DNA from: Gammaproteobacteria bacterium
GTDB lineage: Bacteria > Pseudomonadota > Gammaproteobacteria > SZUA-140
Length of the DNA stretch: 64,000 nucleotides
Assembly (NCBI GenBank): GCA_015491865.1
Contig: WFVD01000008.1
Coordinates: forward strand, 138,002-202,001
Direction of reading: 5' to 3'
How positions within the stretch are numbered: the first letter of the stretch is position 1; the number at the start of each line of letters is the position of its first letter. Positions 1-11,269 of this stretch are shown here, in pieces. The position numbers and the translations under genes were made by a program. Under the pieces are notes generated by a model. It was not told where the DNA came from, did no database searches, and saw only the letters and a program-made list of their open reading frames with translations.

Positions 1-1596
1 CTCAGCCCAATTGACTGTCACCTTGGACTTGAGATAGCACTCTTTAGTGGCGAAGAGAAAGAGACAATTGAGAGCGCATTTGAATTTGTGAGAGAAGATT
101 GCCTGGTTCATATATTACCGCCCAGGGCGAAGATAAAGCGCTACATAGAGATGATTAATGCACTCCCTGAAGATGATAAAAAAATAGGCGAATTGTTGGT
201 CTCCTGCGGCGCTCTCACAAAATCAGAACTCGAAGGGGTGATTGATGAGCAGACCGAACATCGTTTTAGTCCCGCAGCCGGTAATTCACAGGTGCTGGGT
301 GAGATCGTTACCGAAAAAGGGATGGTTCAGAAAGAGGTGGTTGAAGCTGCAGCAGAAAAACAGCAGCGGGTTCGTTCTCTCAACAGCTCAGCGAAAACCA
401 TCCGGGTTGATTCTGAGAAACTGGATACGTTAGTCAATCTCGTGGGTGAAATGGTGATTGCGGGTGCCGGCACCGACCTTATCGCAAGACGCCTCGGTGA
501 TGATTCGCTAGTTGAATCGATGTCCGTGATGTCGCGCCTGGTTGAGGAGATCCGCGACAGCGCATTACATTTACGTATGGTTCAGATTGGGGAGACATTC
601 AACCGCTTTAACCGTGTTGTGCGTGATGTTAGCAAGGAGCTGGGTAAAGATATCAGGCTGGAAATTGCCGGTGCAGAAACTGAACTGGACAAGACAGTTG
701 TAGAGAAGATTGGTGACCCATTGATGCACCTGGTGCGTAACGCAATGGATCATGGTATCGAACCTGCTGATATACGTGTTGCGGCCGGCAAGCCTGCACA
801 GGGGCTGTTAAAGCTTAACGCCTATCACGACTCCGGCAGTATTGTCATTGAAGTGGAGGATGATGGTGCCGGCCTTAAGCGAGATGCCATTCTGGCAAAG
901 GCGATTGAAAAAGGCATTGTAGCTAATGGTCAGGTTTTAACGGACCAGGAAATTTATCGTTTGATTTTTGAACCAGGTTTTTCAACGGCAGAGCAGGTTA
1001 CAAATCTCTCTGGTCGTGGTGTTGGAATGGATGTGGTTAAAAAAAATATCGAGGCGTTAAGAGGGCTGGTGGATATCGAAAGCGAGGTAGGCATTGGTTC
1101 AAAGATCGTCATTCGCATGCCACTAACACTTGCGATCATCGACGGCTTTCTTGTCGGTGTTGGCCATTCATCCTATGTAATCCCGCTCGACATGGTACTT
1201 GAGTGCGTCGAATTGAGTGATGCAGAGCGGATAGAGGCACGTAAGCAGAGCTATATTAATCTTCGTGATGAAGTGTTGCCTCTAATGAGGCTGCGTGACA
1301 GTTTTAATATTAAAGGTGAAAACAGTGGGCGTGAAAATATCGTAGTGGTTCAGTGTGGTGGCTTAAAAGCGGGGTTGATTGTGGATGAACTACGAGGTGA
1401 ATTTCAGACAGTGATCAAACCGTTAGGCCGAATATTCCAGGGGTTAAAAGGCATTAGTGGTTCAACAATTCTGGGCAGTGGTGAAGTTGCGGTGATTCTT
1501 GATGTGCCGGGACTCATTAAACAGGTGGCTGAAGCGGGTGGGCGTATCACTTCAGTAAGTAATGGAAATCAAAATAAATCTCATGTTGTGCATTAA
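1..1596 (+). CDS. cheA: Chemotaxis histidine kinase CheA, 5'-truncated by the window edge
   Basis: Frame is open from position 1 (LSPIDCHLGLEI...FEFVREDC). Dimerisation motif IRVDSEKLDTLVNLVGEMVI, HATPase motifs HLVRNAMDHGIE, DDGAGL, GFSTAEQVTNLSGRGVGMDVV, and a C-terminal CheW-like domain. Confidence 0.97.
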   Translation, partial: LSPIDCHLGLEIALFSGEEKETIESAFEFVREDCLVHILPPRAKIKRYIEMINALPEDDKKIGELLVSCGALTKSELEGVIDEQTEHRFSPAAGNSQVLGEIVTEKGMVQKEVVEAAAEKQQRVRSLNSSAKTIRVDSEKLDTLVNLVGEMVIAGAGTDLIARRLGDDSLVESMSVMSRLVEEIRDSALHLRMVQIGETFNRFNRVVRDVSKELGKDIRLEIAGAETELDKTVVEKIGDPLMHLVRNAMDHGIEPADIRVAAGKPAQGLLKLNAYHDSGSIVIEVEDDGAGLKRDAILAKAIEKGIVANGQVLTDQEIYRLIFEPGFSTAEQVTNLSGRGVGMDVVKKNIEALRGLVDIESEVGIGSKIVIRMPLTLAIIDGFLVGVGHSSYVIPLDMVLECVELSDAERIEARKQSYINLRDEVLPLMRLRDSFNIKGENSGRENIVVVQCGGLKAGLIVDELRGEFQTVIKPLGRIFQGLKGISGSTILGSGEVAVILDVPGLIKQVAEAGGRITSVSNGNQNKSHVVH

Positions 1597-1679
1597 GTTG
1601 TGATTTTTAAGGGGCCTTAAATAGGCTGTTTGAAGCATATTTTTAGTGATTCTAAAGAACAGGAATCAAGGAGCGAGTG

Positions 1680-3365
1680 ATGATTAAGTTAAACAACATT
1701 AAAATTGCAAAAAGAATGGCCATGGCCGTGGGTATTCCCGTTCTTCTTCTTGCTTCTGTATTAGGCTTTTCCATTTACAAATTAAAAGGAGTTGAAACAG
1801 AGATTGTTAATATTGCGGAAACAGATATGCCATTGATGGAGTTGATTACCTCGATTACCGAACAGCAACTTGAGATATCAGTGCTATTTGAACGCAGCCT
1901 TAGATTTGGTGATGCGATAGCCACCGATGAAAAATCGCGTGATGAATTTAATGCTCTTGTGGAAGAAGTTAGCCAGAGCGAAGCTAGCGTGACTAAGGAT
2001 ATTGTGGCTGCTGAGGAAATGGCTGAAGCGGCGATTAGCAGTGCGCATGATGCCGCCGCAAAAGCAGAGTTTGAGAAGATTCTAAAAGCGCTTAAAGGTA
2101 TAGAGAAAGAGGCCGAGCTGGTTTCTGCTCATGTAGCAGAAGTGTTTGCGCTATTTGAGGCGGGTGATCTGGCTAAGGCGCATGAACGTAGTGAGGCCGT
2201 AGCGCATGAAGCAGAAACGTTATTTACACATATAGAGGGGGCGCTATCTGAAGTGGCGGCTTTTACAGATGCTGCTGCGAGGCAGGCAGAGAGTGATGTG
2301 AAGATGACCGAGACGATGGTGATGGGTATAGGCGCTGCTGCACTGGTGATAGGGCTGCTATTGGGTGTTGTCGTAGTGCGTTCAATTACGCGCCCAATGA
2401 ACGAGATCCTTGCCGCAGCAGATGATCTGCATAAAGGGGATGGCGATTTAACTTACCGCTTGCCTGATTTTGGTAGCGATGAGATTGGTGAAACGGCCAA
2501 CTCAATCAACGGTTTTATTGCCAAAATGCAAAACGTATTGCTAGATGTACGTGCCTCAGTCGAAACGGTTGCGACGGCCTCCGAAGAGGTGAGCGCCTCT
2601 GCGCAGAGTTTGAGCCAGGGTTCATCAGAGCAGGCGGCCAGTGTCGAAGAGACCAGCGCCGCGCTTGAACAGATGAGTGCTTCGATCAATCAGAATACCG
2701 AAAATGCAAAAGTGACCGATGGCATCGCCACCCGAGCCGCACAGGAGGCACTCGAAGGGGGTGAGGCCGTGACTGAAACGGTTGATGCAATGAACCAGAT
2801 TGCTGACAAGATCGGATTGATAGAAGACATCGCCTATAAAACAAACCTGCTTGCGCTGAATGCAGCGATCGAGGCCGCACGAGCAGGTGAACATGGCAAA
2901 GGTTTTGCCGTAGTGGCGGATGAGGTGCGCAAGTTAGCGGAGCGTAGCCAGGTTTCAGCACAGGAGATCAGTGAACAGGCGGGTAACAGCGTGAAGGTTG
3001 CAGAGCGTGCTGGTGGCCTGCTGGAGGCAATGGTCCCTAATATTCGTAAGACTGCTGATCTGGTGGAGGAGATTTCGGCCTCATCCGAAGAGCAGGCAAC
3101 GGCTGTCTCACAAGTGAATGGTGCGATGGGGCAGCTCGATCAGGTTTCACAGCAGTCCGCGGCCTCTTCAGAACAGCTTGCCGCAACCTCTGAAGAGCTG
3201 AGTGCAAATGCGGAGCAGCTGCAGAAGATCATCGGCTTCTTTAAATTAGACAATCATGCTCAGGCCCAGAACAGAGAATCACTACCTTTAGATGTTGAAG
3301 ATGAGGAGCCGGAAAGCCATGTTGGCGCTAACCAGGATTTTGTTCCATTTGGCAAGGCAGTATAA
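1680..3365 (+). CDS. Methyl-accepting chemotaxis protein (TM, periplasmic helical sensor, TM, HAMP, signalling domain)
   Basis: [38 protein letters not shown] hairpin motif, two hydrophobic helices, near-terminal DFVPF pentapeptide-like tether, AAGGAG RBS before ATG 1680. Confidence 0.96.
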   Translation: MIKLNNIKIAKRMAMAVGIPVLLLASVLGFSIYKLKGVETEIVNIAETDMPLMELITSITEQQLEISVLFERSLRFGDAIATDEKSRDEFNALVEEVSQSEASVTKDIVAAEEMAEAAISSAHDAAAKAEFEKILKALKGIEKEAELVSAHVAEVFALFEAGDLAKAHERSEAVAHEAETLFTHIEGALSEVAAFTDAAARQAESDVKMTETMVMGIGAAALVIGLLLGVVVVRSITRPMNEILAAADDLHKGDGDLTYRLPDFGSDEIGETANSINGFIAKMQNVLLDVRASVETVATASEEVSASAQSLSQGSSEQAASVEETSAALEQMSASINQNTENAKVTDGIATRAAQEALEGGEAVTETVDAMNQIADKIGLIEDIAYKTNLLALNAAIEAARAGEHGKGFAVVADEVRKLAERSQVSAQEISEQAGNSVKVAERAGGLLEAMVPNIRKTADLVEEISASSEEQATAVSQVNGAMGQLDQVSQQSAASSEQLAATSEELSANAEQLQKIIGFFKLDNHAQAQNRESLPLDVEDEEPESHVGANQDFVPFGKAV

Positions 3366-3383
3366 CGGCGGGAGGGCAGGGCA

Positions 3384-3953
3384 ATGGCAAGCAATACGGT
3401 GGCAGCGCAGCAGCAGCCTGTAACAGCGCTTAACAAGTACCTCTGTTTTATGCTGGGTGATAAACGATTTGCAGCGAATATCTTGCGTATCAAAGAGATT
3501 ATGGAGCACATGGAAGTGACCACAATCCCGATGATGCCAGAATTCCTGTGCGGTGTTACCAATTTGCGAGGCAGTGTGGTTCCGGTCATTGACCTTGGTA
3601 AGCGGCTCGGTATGGGTGCCGTCTCAATCGGTCGGCGCACCTGCATTGTGATAATGGAGGTCGCCGTTCATGGGACTTCAATTGATGTTGGCATCATGGT
3701 AGATGCCGTCAACCAGGTAGCGGATATCACACCGGATGAAATTGAATCCGCCCCAAGTTTTGGCGGTAATATTTCGACTGAATTCATCGAAGGAATGGGG
3801 AAGGTGGATGGTGCGTTTGTGGTGCTACTCAACATTGATCGCCTGCTTTCGCTAGATGATCTTTCGCTGTTGAGTGATGCGGGCAGGATGGCAATGCAGA
3901 TGGATGCTCAGGCGGCACTACAGTGCGAACAGCCACAGGAGGTACGGTCATGA
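3384..3953 (+). CDS. cheW: Chemotaxis adaptor CheW
   Basis: KYLCF...IKEIME...GVTNLRGSVVPVIDL...GIMVDAV motifs. Confidence 0.95.
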   Translation: MASNTVAAQQQPVTALNKYLCFMLGDKRFAANILRIKEIMEHMEVTTIPMMPEFLCGVTNLRGSVVPVIDLGKRLGMGAVSIGRRTCIVIMEVAVHGTSIDVGIMVDAVNQVADITPDEIESAPSFGGNISTEFIEGMGKVDGAFVVLLNIDRLLSLDDLSLLSDAGRMAMQMDAQAALQCEQPQEVRS

Positions 3954-4513
3954 GCGAGTTTCTGGAAGAAAAAGAGCAGCCACACAATGCCGTGATCGCA
4001 GCTAACGAGAGCATGGCGGTTGATTGCCATCAAGAACTGAATAAATACCTGACCTTTCGTGTTGGTGAGTCTAACTTTGGGATTGATCTGCTGCGTATCA
4101 AGGAGATTATTGAGTATGCCAGTGTGTGTGATATTCCGATGGTGCCAGAACATATTCGAGGTGTAATTAACCTGCGCGGTAATGTGGTGCCGGTCATTGA
4201 TCTGGCCAATCGCATAGGCGTGACGGGTGATGCGACGGCGAGTAACCGTAGCTGCATCATCATTATCGATGTGAAAGCTCAGGATGAGTCGCTAGATATC
4301 GGTATTGTTGTCGATGCGGTGAATAAAGTCTACGAAATTGGCGAAGAAGATGTGGCACATGCACCGGCCTTTGGGGCCAATATTCGTACCGAGTTTATTA
4401 AAGGTATGGGGCGGATTGACCGACAGTTTGTAGTGTTATTAGAGCTTGCAAAGGTCCTCAATGCTGATGACCTGTCGATAAGCGATATCGCTAGCAATGC
4501 AGGGCATGTATAG
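3950..4513 (+). CDS. cheW: Chemotaxis adaptor CheW, second copy
   Basis: KYLTF...IKEIIEY...GVINLRGNVVPVIDL motifs; ATG 3950 overlaps the upstream stop (ATGA) after a GGAGG RBS. Confidence 0.95.
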   Translation: MSEFLEEKEQPHNAVIAANESMAVDCHQELNKYLTFRVGESNFGIDLLRIKEIIEYASVCDIPMVPEHIRGVINLRGNVVPVIDLANRIGVTGDATASNRSCIIIIDVKAQDESLDIGIVVDAVNKVYEIGEEDVAHAPAFGANIRTEFIKGMGRIDRQFVVLLELAKVLNADDLSISDIASNAGHV

Positions 4514-4552
4514 CGTGGCCAACAATAAATAATATGATACTGGGGAAGTACG

Positions 4553-5392
4553 ATGTCGGCAGTAGCCAATAAGTCAGTGATGCTGGAGTCCATTAGAGAT
4601 GAAGAGTTTGCCGTATTTCAGGCGATGATTTACGAGCAGGTGGGCATCTCGATGAGTGAAAAGAAAAAATCACTGGTCGAAGGGCGGCTGGCAAAACGTC
4701 TGCGGCACCACGGTCTCAGCGATTACGCCTCTTATATAAAATTGATTAAGAGTGGTAATAGCGCAGAGCGCCAGATGGTAATCGATATGTTAACCACCAA
4801 TGAAACCAGCTTCTTTCGCGAGCAGCGTCATTTTGATTTTTTAACGAGCGAGGTGATACCAGCAAGTGGCCACGGCAGCCCTTACCGTATCTGGAGTGCA
4901 GCCTCATCATCGGGTGAAGAGGCCTACTCCATGGCGATGTTATTCGCAGATAAATATCGCTCAGACCGCTGGGAAATTATTGGTACCGATATTAGCCAGC
5001 AGATTCTGGCCAAAGCACGCAAGGCGCTCTACCCGATGCGTGCAGCAGAAAAAATCCCGCCTGATTATCTCAACCGATTCTGCCTGAAAGGGGTGCGCGA
5101 GCAGGAGGGGATGTTTCAGATCGATAAAAAGCTGGCCAGTAAAGTCACCTTTAACTCGCTTAACCTGAATGGTCAATGGCCTTCAAATATGGGGATGTTT
5201 GATCTGATTTTACTGCGTAATGTGATGATCTATTTTGACCAGAAAACCAAGCAGACCCTGGTGGAAAAGATTCTGCAACAGTTACGCCCCGGTGGCTATT
5301 TTATGATTGGCCATTCAGAAACCCTAAACGGGGTGAGTACAGCGGTAAAAATGGTCAAGCCATCAATATACTTAAAACCAGCAGTCCCATAG
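4553..5392 (+). CDS. cheR: Chemotaxis methyltransferase CheR
   Basis: TTNETSFFRE, RIWSAASSSGEEAYS, GTDIS, RNVMIYFD, IGHSE motifs. Confidence 0.97.
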   Translation: MSAVANKSVMLESIRDEEFAVFQAMIYEQVGISMSEKKKSLVEGRLAKRLRHHGLSDYASYIKLIKSGNSAERQMVIDMLTTNETSFFREQRHFDFLTSEVIPASGHGSPYRIWSAASSSGEEAYSMAMLFADKYRSDRWEIIGTDISQQILAKARKALYPMRAAEKIPPDYLNRFCLKGVREQEGMFQIDKKLASKVTFNSLNLNGQWPSNMGMFDLILLRNVMIYFDQKTKQTLVEKILQQLRPGGYFMIGHSETLNGVSTAVKMVKPSIYLKPAVP

Positions 5393-5409
5393 AGCTAAGC
5401 GCGATGTTA

Positions 5410-5778
5410 TTACTCGCCTGCAAGGTTGAGAAACGGCATGGTTGAAATATAGAGCAACCCAGCAATGATGACCATATAGATTAAAAAACGCAGTGGGTTT
5501 TCCTTGAGACTGTCGAAAATGGTGCGATTCTCTCCCGCCGCCTTCTGTTGCTCATACGCGGCCTTCGCTTTTATCTGGCGCTCTTTCTGGTAGGCGGCGA
5601 TCAATGCCCTCGCGCGGGGCTCAAGTGCTTCATCACGTAGCCATAGCGCGGGCACCGACATCCCCCAGTTACCCGCTGGGGTCTCATAAAAGTCGATCTT
5701 ATCCTGCTGTAGCAGTTCGCGAACCGCTTCGGCCTCATCGTCCGGAACATTGCGTAGATTAAAGATGCGTACAGCCAT
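5410..5778 (-). CDS. Small membrane-anchored conserved hypothetical protein (DUF6164-like)
   Basis: LRNVPDDEAEAVRELL...FYETPAGNWGMSVPALW plus a C-terminal TM helix; start trimmed to MAVRIF. Confidence 0.75.
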   Translation of the reverse strand: MAVRIFNLRNVPDDEAEAVRELLQQDKIDFYETPAGNWGMSVPALWLRDEALEPRARALIAAYQKERQIKAKAAYEQQKAAGENRTIFDSLKENPLRFLIYMVIIAGLLYISTMPFLNLAGE

Positions 5779-5996
5779 AATGTCATTTGTCGGTGGTGTT
5801 AGATTATTCTGAGTCGAGCGATATAAAAATATGGTGGCTATTTTAGGGGAATCGCAGGCGGCTGCATAATCTTTATCATGCGGGGGCGCTCTCATGGTTT
5901 CGGTAGTGGTGGTGGGCACTGTTTTACGGTAGTTTAAGCGCTGCATCCTCGGGGGAGGATAGTGTATGCAGGGCTATTTTCCAGCGTGAGGGCGTT

Positions 5997-6746
5997 ATGG
6001 GGCGGTTGTTGCCAGAGATGAGGGGACGGGGACGTGACGCGACCATTATTGGTAGCGTGTTCTTTTTTGTTGCGCTGGCGCTCTATCTCGATGCCAGTGT
6101 CAGCCTGGCGATGCAAGTGACCATGGGTTACTGTGCCTGGTTCTTTCTGGGGTTGATGCTGCTGGGCGAAAGCACGGCAGTTCGTATGCAGGTGGTGGTC
6201 GCGATCATCTTTGCCACCATCGGTGAGTATTTCGCCTCGGTTTATCTGGGGGCCTATATCTACCGTTTTGAAAATGTTCCCGCCTATGTCCCGCCCGGCC
6301 ACGGCATGGTCTACCTAACCGCAGTCGTGATCGCACGGCAGACGCTGTTGACCACTTATCGCCAACAGATCACCTGGCTGGTGCTGGCCATCGGTGGGGT
6401 GTGGTCACTGTGGGGGCTTCTCTTGGCGGCACGCGGTGATGCCGCAGGTGCGCTGTTGTTTACGCTCTTTGTCTACTGTCTCTATAAAGGGCGCTCACCA
6501 CTCGTCTATCTCGGTGCTTTTTTTATCACCACCTGGCTGGAGGTGGTGGGTACCTGGAGCGGCACCTGGTACTGGGCGCGGCACGATCCGGTGCTAGGGC
6601 TCTCTCAGGGCAACCCACCGAGTGGTGTCGCCGTGTGGTATGTGATGGTCGATGCATTCGCGCTGGCGCTGGCACCGCGGCTAGTGGTGGCGATGAGGCG
6701 TACACGTCGTCGCCTCTTTAAACGGAACCGCCTGCCGTCCGAGTAG
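5997..6746 (+). CDS. Multi-pass membrane protein, function unknown
   Basis: 249 aa with about 7 hydrophobic segments and conserved-looking YRFENVPAYVPPGHGMVY and GNPPSG motifs. Confidence 0.75.
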   Translation: MGRLLPEMRGRGRDATIIGSVFFFVALALYLDASVSLAMQVTMGYCAWFFLGLMLLGESTAVRMQVVVAIIFATIGEYFASVYLGAYIYRFENVPAYVPPGHGMVYLTAVVIARQTLLTTYRQQITWLVLAIGGVWSLWGLLLAARGDAAGALLFTLFVYCLYKGRSPLVYLGAFFITTWLEVVGTWSGTWYWARHDPVLGLSQGNPPSGVAVWYVMVDAFALALAPRLVVAMRRTRRRLFKRNRLPSE

Positions 6747-6821
6747 TTTTAACAGCCTGCCAAGTGGCGGCGAGTCACGTATAATGCCCCCCTTTATTGT
6801 TGCTGAGGAAGCGTACCTGAT

Positions 6822-9140
6822 ATGCCGTCGAGTAGTATTGTTACGATTGAATCCCGAATTGCCACTGAGTTAAATGTCCGAGAAGCACAGGTGACAGCCG
6901 CGATTACGCTGCTGGATGGCGGCGATACCGTACCGTTTATTTCACGTTACCGTAAAGAGGTGACCGGTGGGCTTGATGATACGCAGCTACGCCAGCTCGA
7001 AGAGCGCCTCAACTATCTGCGTGAACTCGATGAGCGCCGCGCAACAGTGCTAAAGGCGATCGACGAACAGGGAAAATTAGCGCCAGCGCTGAAACAGTCG
7101 ATTCTGGAAGCGGAGACCAAAACACGCCTTGAAGATCTCTATCGTCCCTATATGGTTAAGCGCCGAACGAAGGCGCAGATCGCGCGTGAAGCGGGGCTGG
7201 AGCCGCTGGCCGAGCAGCTCTTGTCTGATCCGACCACTGAGCCAGAAGTGTGCGCGGCCAGTTATGTTGATACCGATAACGGCGTAGCCGATGTTGCCGC
7301 TGCACTTGATGGCGCGCGCCAGATATTAATGGAACGCTTTGCCGAAGATGCCGAGCTAGTGGGTGAGCTGCGTGAACATTACTGGGAAAACGGCCTGCTG
7401 CATGCGACGGTGGTGGCGGATAAGGCGCACGAAGGGGCAAAATTCGCTGACTATTTTGATAAGCGCGAGGCGATTAAAGCGATTCCGTCGCACCGTGCGC
7501 TGGCGATGTTTCGTGGCCGTAGTGAAGGGGTTTTGCAACTGGCACTGGTGATCGCAGAAGATGAAGAGGCAGCAGCGAAACGTGAGCCAACCAGTGGCGA
7601 GCGTAAAATTGCACGGCGCTTTGGGATTAAAGATGAGGGGCGTCCGGCTGACCGCTGGTTACAGGAGACCGTGCGCTGGACATGGCGTGTGAAGCTGTCG
7701 ATGCATGTCGATCTTGAGCTGAAGAAGCGCCTGCGCGAGGCGAGCGAGCTGGATGCGATCAACATCTTTGCCAGTAACCTCAAGGATCTGCTGCTGGCCG
7801 CCCCGGCGGGGCCGCGCGCCACCATTGGCCTCGATCCCGGCCTGCGTACCGGCGTCAAGGTCGCGGTGGTCGATAACACCGGCAAGCTACTGGATCATGC
7901 GACGATCTATCCTCATGCACCAAAGAATCAGTGGGAGCAGTCGATCCATACCCTGGCGCTGCTGGCGAAGAGACACAGGGCCGATCTTGTCAGCATCGGA
8001 AACGGTACCGCATCACGCGAAACCGACAAGCTGGTGGGTGATCTGATCAAACAGCATAGTGACCTAAACCTCACCAGAATGATGGTGTCAGAGGCGGGGG
8101 CATCGGTCTATTCGGCATCGGAACTGGCCGCACGTGAGTTCCCGGATCTTGATGTGTCGATTCGCGGCGCAGTGTCGATCGCGCGGCGTCTACAGGACCC
8201 GCTGGCAGAGCTGGTCAAGATTGAGCCGAAGGCGATCGGTGTCGGCCAGTACCAGCATGACGTGAGCCAGGTGCGCCTGGCGCGCAGCCTGGAGGCGGTG
8301 ATCGAAGATTGTGTCAATGCCGTTGGCGTCGATGTGAACACCGCATCGGCCGCACTGCTGGCAAATATCGCCGGGCTTAATGCGACGCTGGCACAAAATA
8401 TCGTCAACTACCGTGACCAGCATGGCCGTTTCAAAGATCGTAAAACGTTATTGAAAGTGGCGCGACTTGGCCCGAAGGCCTACCAGCAGGCGGCCGGTTT
8501 TCTCCGGGTGATGGGAGGTAAAAACCCACTGGACGGCTCGGCGGTACATCCCGAGGCCTATCCGGTTGTGGAGCGCATCGCGGCCTTTACCAAAGGTGAT
8601 ATCCACTCCATTATTGGTGACAGCACGCTGTTAAAGAAGCTTGACCCCCGGGCATTCACCGATGAAAAGTTTGGTGAACCGACCGTGCGGGATATCCTTG
8701 CCGAGCTGGACAAGCCGGGGCGTGATCCGCGGCCTGAATTTGTCACCGCCAGTTTTAAAGAGGGTGTTGAGAAGCTGAGTGACCTGAAAGAGGGGATGAT
8801 GCTGGAAGGGGTGGTGACCAACGTCACCGCCTTTGGTGCCTTTGTTGATGTCGGTGTCCATCAGGATGGGTTGGTGCATATCTCTGCACTGGCAGACAAG
8901 TTTGTCAGTGACCCACGGGCCGTGGTGAAGGCGGGTGATGTGGTGAAGGTGCGTGTGCTCGATGTAGACCTGCCACGCAAGCGTATTGCATTAACCATGA
9001 AACGGCAGGGTGATGATAATCGCGCGGCTAAACCCGCGCGCTCGCCGCAACCATCGAACAGAAGAGCACCGTCGCAAAAACAGCAGCCGAAGCAGCAGAC
9101 CGCGATGGCAGCTGCATTTGCAGGATTAAAGAGAAAATAG
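6822..9140 (+). CDS. tex: Tex family RNA-binding transcriptional accessory protein
   Basis: [40 protein letters not shown] motifs and C-terminal S1 domain ([17 protein letters not shown]). Confidence 0.97.
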   Translation: MPSSSIVTIESRIATELNVREAQVTAAITLLDGGDTVPFISRYRKEVTGGLDDTQLRQLEERLNYLRELDERRATVLKAIDEQGKLAPALKQSILEAETKTRLEDLYRPYMVKRRTKAQIAREAGLEPLAEQLLSDPTTEPEVCAASYVDTDNGVADVAAALDGARQILMERFAEDAELVGELREHYWENGLLHATVVADKAHEGAKFADYFDKREAIKAIPSHRALAMFRGRSEGVLQLALVIAEDEEAAAKREPTSGERKIARRFGIKDEGRPADRWLQETVRWTWRVKLSMHVDLELKKRLREASELDAINIFASNLKDLLLAAPAGPRATIGLDPGLRTGVKVAVVDNTGKLLDHATIYPHAPKNQWEQSIHTLALLAKRHRADLVSIGNGTASRETDKLVGDLIKQHSDLNLTRMMVSEAGASVYSASELAAREFPDLDVSIRGAVSIARRLQDPLAELVKIEPKAIGVGQYQHDVSQVRLARSLEAVIEDCVNAVGVDVNTASAALLANIAGLNATLAQNIVNYRDQHGRFKDRKTLLKVARLGPKAYQQAAGFLRVMGGKNPLDGSAVHPEAYPVVERIAAFTKGDIHSIIGDSTLLKKLDPRAFTDEKFGEPTVRDILAELDKPGRDPRPEFVTASFKEGVEKLSDLKEGMMLEGVVTNVTAFGAFVDVGVHQDGLVHISALADKFVSDPRAVVKAGDVVKVRVLDVDLPRKRIALTMKRQGDDNRAAKPARSPQPSNRRAPSQKQQPKQQTAMAAAFAGLKRK

Positions 9141-9141
9141 C

Positions 9142-9504
9142 ATGTCACTGGCCGCGTTTATAAGCAAACTAAGAAGTACGCCAGGTGATGTCTCATTTGG
9201 CGAGACAATGGCGCTGATTGAGCGCTATTTCGACTACACTCCCAGCCGCTTCACTAACGGTGTGGGTGACAGCCGGCTGGTTAATGAGGCGGGTAGCAAT
9301 GAAGGCTCCTGCAAGATCTTTGCGTTAGGAAAACAACTGGCGCTGGATGAATCGGAGACGCTTAACTGCTTTGGTGACTACTACCGCATCGATGTGAAAC
9401 AGCATCCTGATGGGAGTGATCATGCCAATATCAGAAACTTTATCACTTACGGCTGGCGCGGCATCGAGTTTGACCATGTTGCACTGCAACCAAAGGAGTC
9501 GTGA
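9142..9504 (+). CDS. HopJ-family conserved protein
   Basis: NEAGSNEGSCKIF...CFGDYYR.DV..HPDGSDHANIRNF..YGW.GI.F signature. Confidence 0.85.
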   Translation: MSLAAFISKLRSTPGDVSFGETMALIERYFDYTPSRFTNGVGDSRLVNEAGSNEGSCKIFALGKQLALDESETLNCFGDYYRIDVKQHPDGSDHANIRNFITYGWRGIEFDHVALQPKES

Positions 9505-10310
9505 TGCCATTACCCGATTTAGATAGCGTTGTTGCGATAGTGATCGATGTCGCCAGAGCAGAGCTGAACCCTCGCTTTACACATAGCGCACGTGAGTACA
9601 AAGCTGATGGCAGTATCGTGACCGAAGCCGACCGCGCTGTGCAGCAGGCGATTGAAGGTGCGCTGAAAACGTTGTGGCCTGAGTTTCTGTTTGTCGGAGA
9701 AGAGATGGGTGAGGCGGAGCAGACCGCTCTGCTTAACAACCGTGGTCAGGGAGTGTGGTGCCTTGATCCGGTGGACGGTACCAGTAATTTTGCAGCAGGC
9801 ATCCCGTTTTGTGCGATCTCATTGTCACTGTTACAGGACGGTGATGTGTTGCTCGGGGTTGTTTATGATCCGATGCGGGATGAGTGTTTTACGGCGATCA
9901 AGGGCCAGGGTGCCTGGCTTAATGGCGAGCCGCTTGGCAAGCGGATCCCCGAGCCGCCGCTTGCCAGAGGGATCGGCCTGATCGACCTGAAAAGATTGCC
10001 GCGAGAACTGGCGATGCGCATCATCGATGAGAAGCCATTTAGCTCGCAGCGCAATATAGGGGCTGTCGCACTGGAGTGGTGCTGGGTTGCCGCGGGTCGT
10101 TGCCATGTCTATCTGCACGGCAGACAACGGATCTGGGACTACGGCGCAGCGAGCCTGGTGTTACATGAGGCCGGTGGTTATTCAATGACACTGGATGGTG
10201 AGCCGGTGCTGTCGGTTAGCCTTGAGCCACGTTCCGCACTGGCTGCCCTTAATAAGGCGCTATTTGATGAGTGGGTAAGCTGGCTGGGGATTGCCGGAGG
10301 CGAGCGCTAA
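9504..10310 (+). CDS. Inositol monophosphatase family protein
   Basis: VTEAD, GEE, WCLDPVDGTSNF, WDYGAA motifs. Confidence 0.93.
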   Translation: MPLPDLDSVVAIVIDVARAELNPRFTHSAREYKADGSIVTEADRAVQQAIEGALKTLWPEFLFVGEEMGEAEQTALLNNRGQGVWCLDPVDGTSNFAAGIPFCAISLSLLQDGDVLLGVVYDPMRDECFTAIKGQGAWLNGEPLGKRIPEPPLARGIGLIDLKRLPRELAMRIIDEKPFSSQRNIGAVALEWCWVAAGRCHVYLHGRQRIWDYGAASLVLHEAGGYSMTLDGEPVLSVSLEPRSALAALNKALFDEWVSWLGIAGGER

Positions 10311-10362
10311 CGGAAGAGATCGCTAATTAATGCGCTGATTACCTTTTTCAAAGCGAGGCCGG

Positions 10363-10623
10363 TTAGCGACGACCGCGCCTGTTTTTAGGTGCCTCAAAGT
10401 TTACACGCAGCGCTTTACCGCTAAAGTCCTTGCCGTCGAGGCCAGAGATAGCAGCGCGTGCTTCGTGGCCTTCCATTTCAATAAAACCAAACCCTTTGCA
10501 CTTGCTGGTGAAGACATCCGTTGCCAGCTTAATGGAACGCACCTTACCGAATTGGGAAAAGAGTTCGGTCACTTCAATTTCATTTGCGGAAGCGGGCAGG
10601 TTGCCAACAAAGAGTTTTTTCAT
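10363..10623 (-). CDS. RRM-domain RNA-binding protein
   Basis: RNP2 LFVGNL and RNP1 KGFGFIEM, basic C-terminal tail. Confidence 0.93.
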   Translation of the reverse strand: MKKLFVGNLPASANEIEVTELFSQFGKVRSIKLATDVFTSKCKGFGFIEMEGHEARAAISGLDGKDFSGKALRVNFEAPKNRRGRR

Positions 10624-10743
10624 GGTGATGTCCTTATAGAATCGAGCATTCTATCTTTAAAAGCGATGGCCTGAATGACAGGTCAGGTGGAAAAATAGCC
10701 TGCACCGCCCTGTGTAACAGGACGGTGCAGTAACTGCGGTCTC

Positions 10744-10947
10744 TTACTGAGGTTGAACCTGCGCAGCCTGCAGACCTTTTGGCCCGGTTTCAACCTGGTA
10801 GCTGACGGTTTGACCTTCGGCCAGGGTTTTAAAGCCATCGCCAACGATTGCACGGAAATGTACAAACAGATCGTCACCGCCATCTTCCGGGGTGATAAAA
10901 CCAAAACCTTTTGATTCATTAAACCACTTTACGGTACCGGTATTCAT
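10744..10947 (-). CDS. Cold-shock protein (CspA family)
   Basis: [17 protein letters not shown]...DLFVHF...GPKGLQA. Confidence 0.97.
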   Translation of the reverse strand: MNTGTVKWFNESKGFGFITPEDGGDDLFVHFRAIVGDGFKTLAEGQTVSYQVETGPKGLQAAQVQPQ

Positions 10948-11269
10948 TATGTTGAAATCCTCAAAACTTAAATTAATTGCTAATATCGATCACGTGCATG
11001 ATGACGCAATGAGGATTCAGAGAGGAGCCGTATGGTGTTCTAAGAAAGCCAGCTTGAGCCAGTGCAAGCAAAAGCACTATACCCTAATCCCGTATGAAAA
11101 AACTAATTATTTGTTTTGGCAGAATAAGTTGGGGTAATAGATCTGAAAAAGTGATGGATAGCGTTGGCAGATGGCCTTTGTTATTCGCGGCGCTGTTTTA
11201 TCCAGAGCGTTATGTGGCGCATCAGCTCTTCTGTCCTTAATGCTGAGAGGTCAATTGAACAGCGTAGCG

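Noticed and set aside
9142..9504. HopJ-family gene as evidence of a type III secretion effector
   Set aside because: The family is widespread in non-pathogens, the gene is operonic with tex and an IMPase, and no T3SS genes are in the window.
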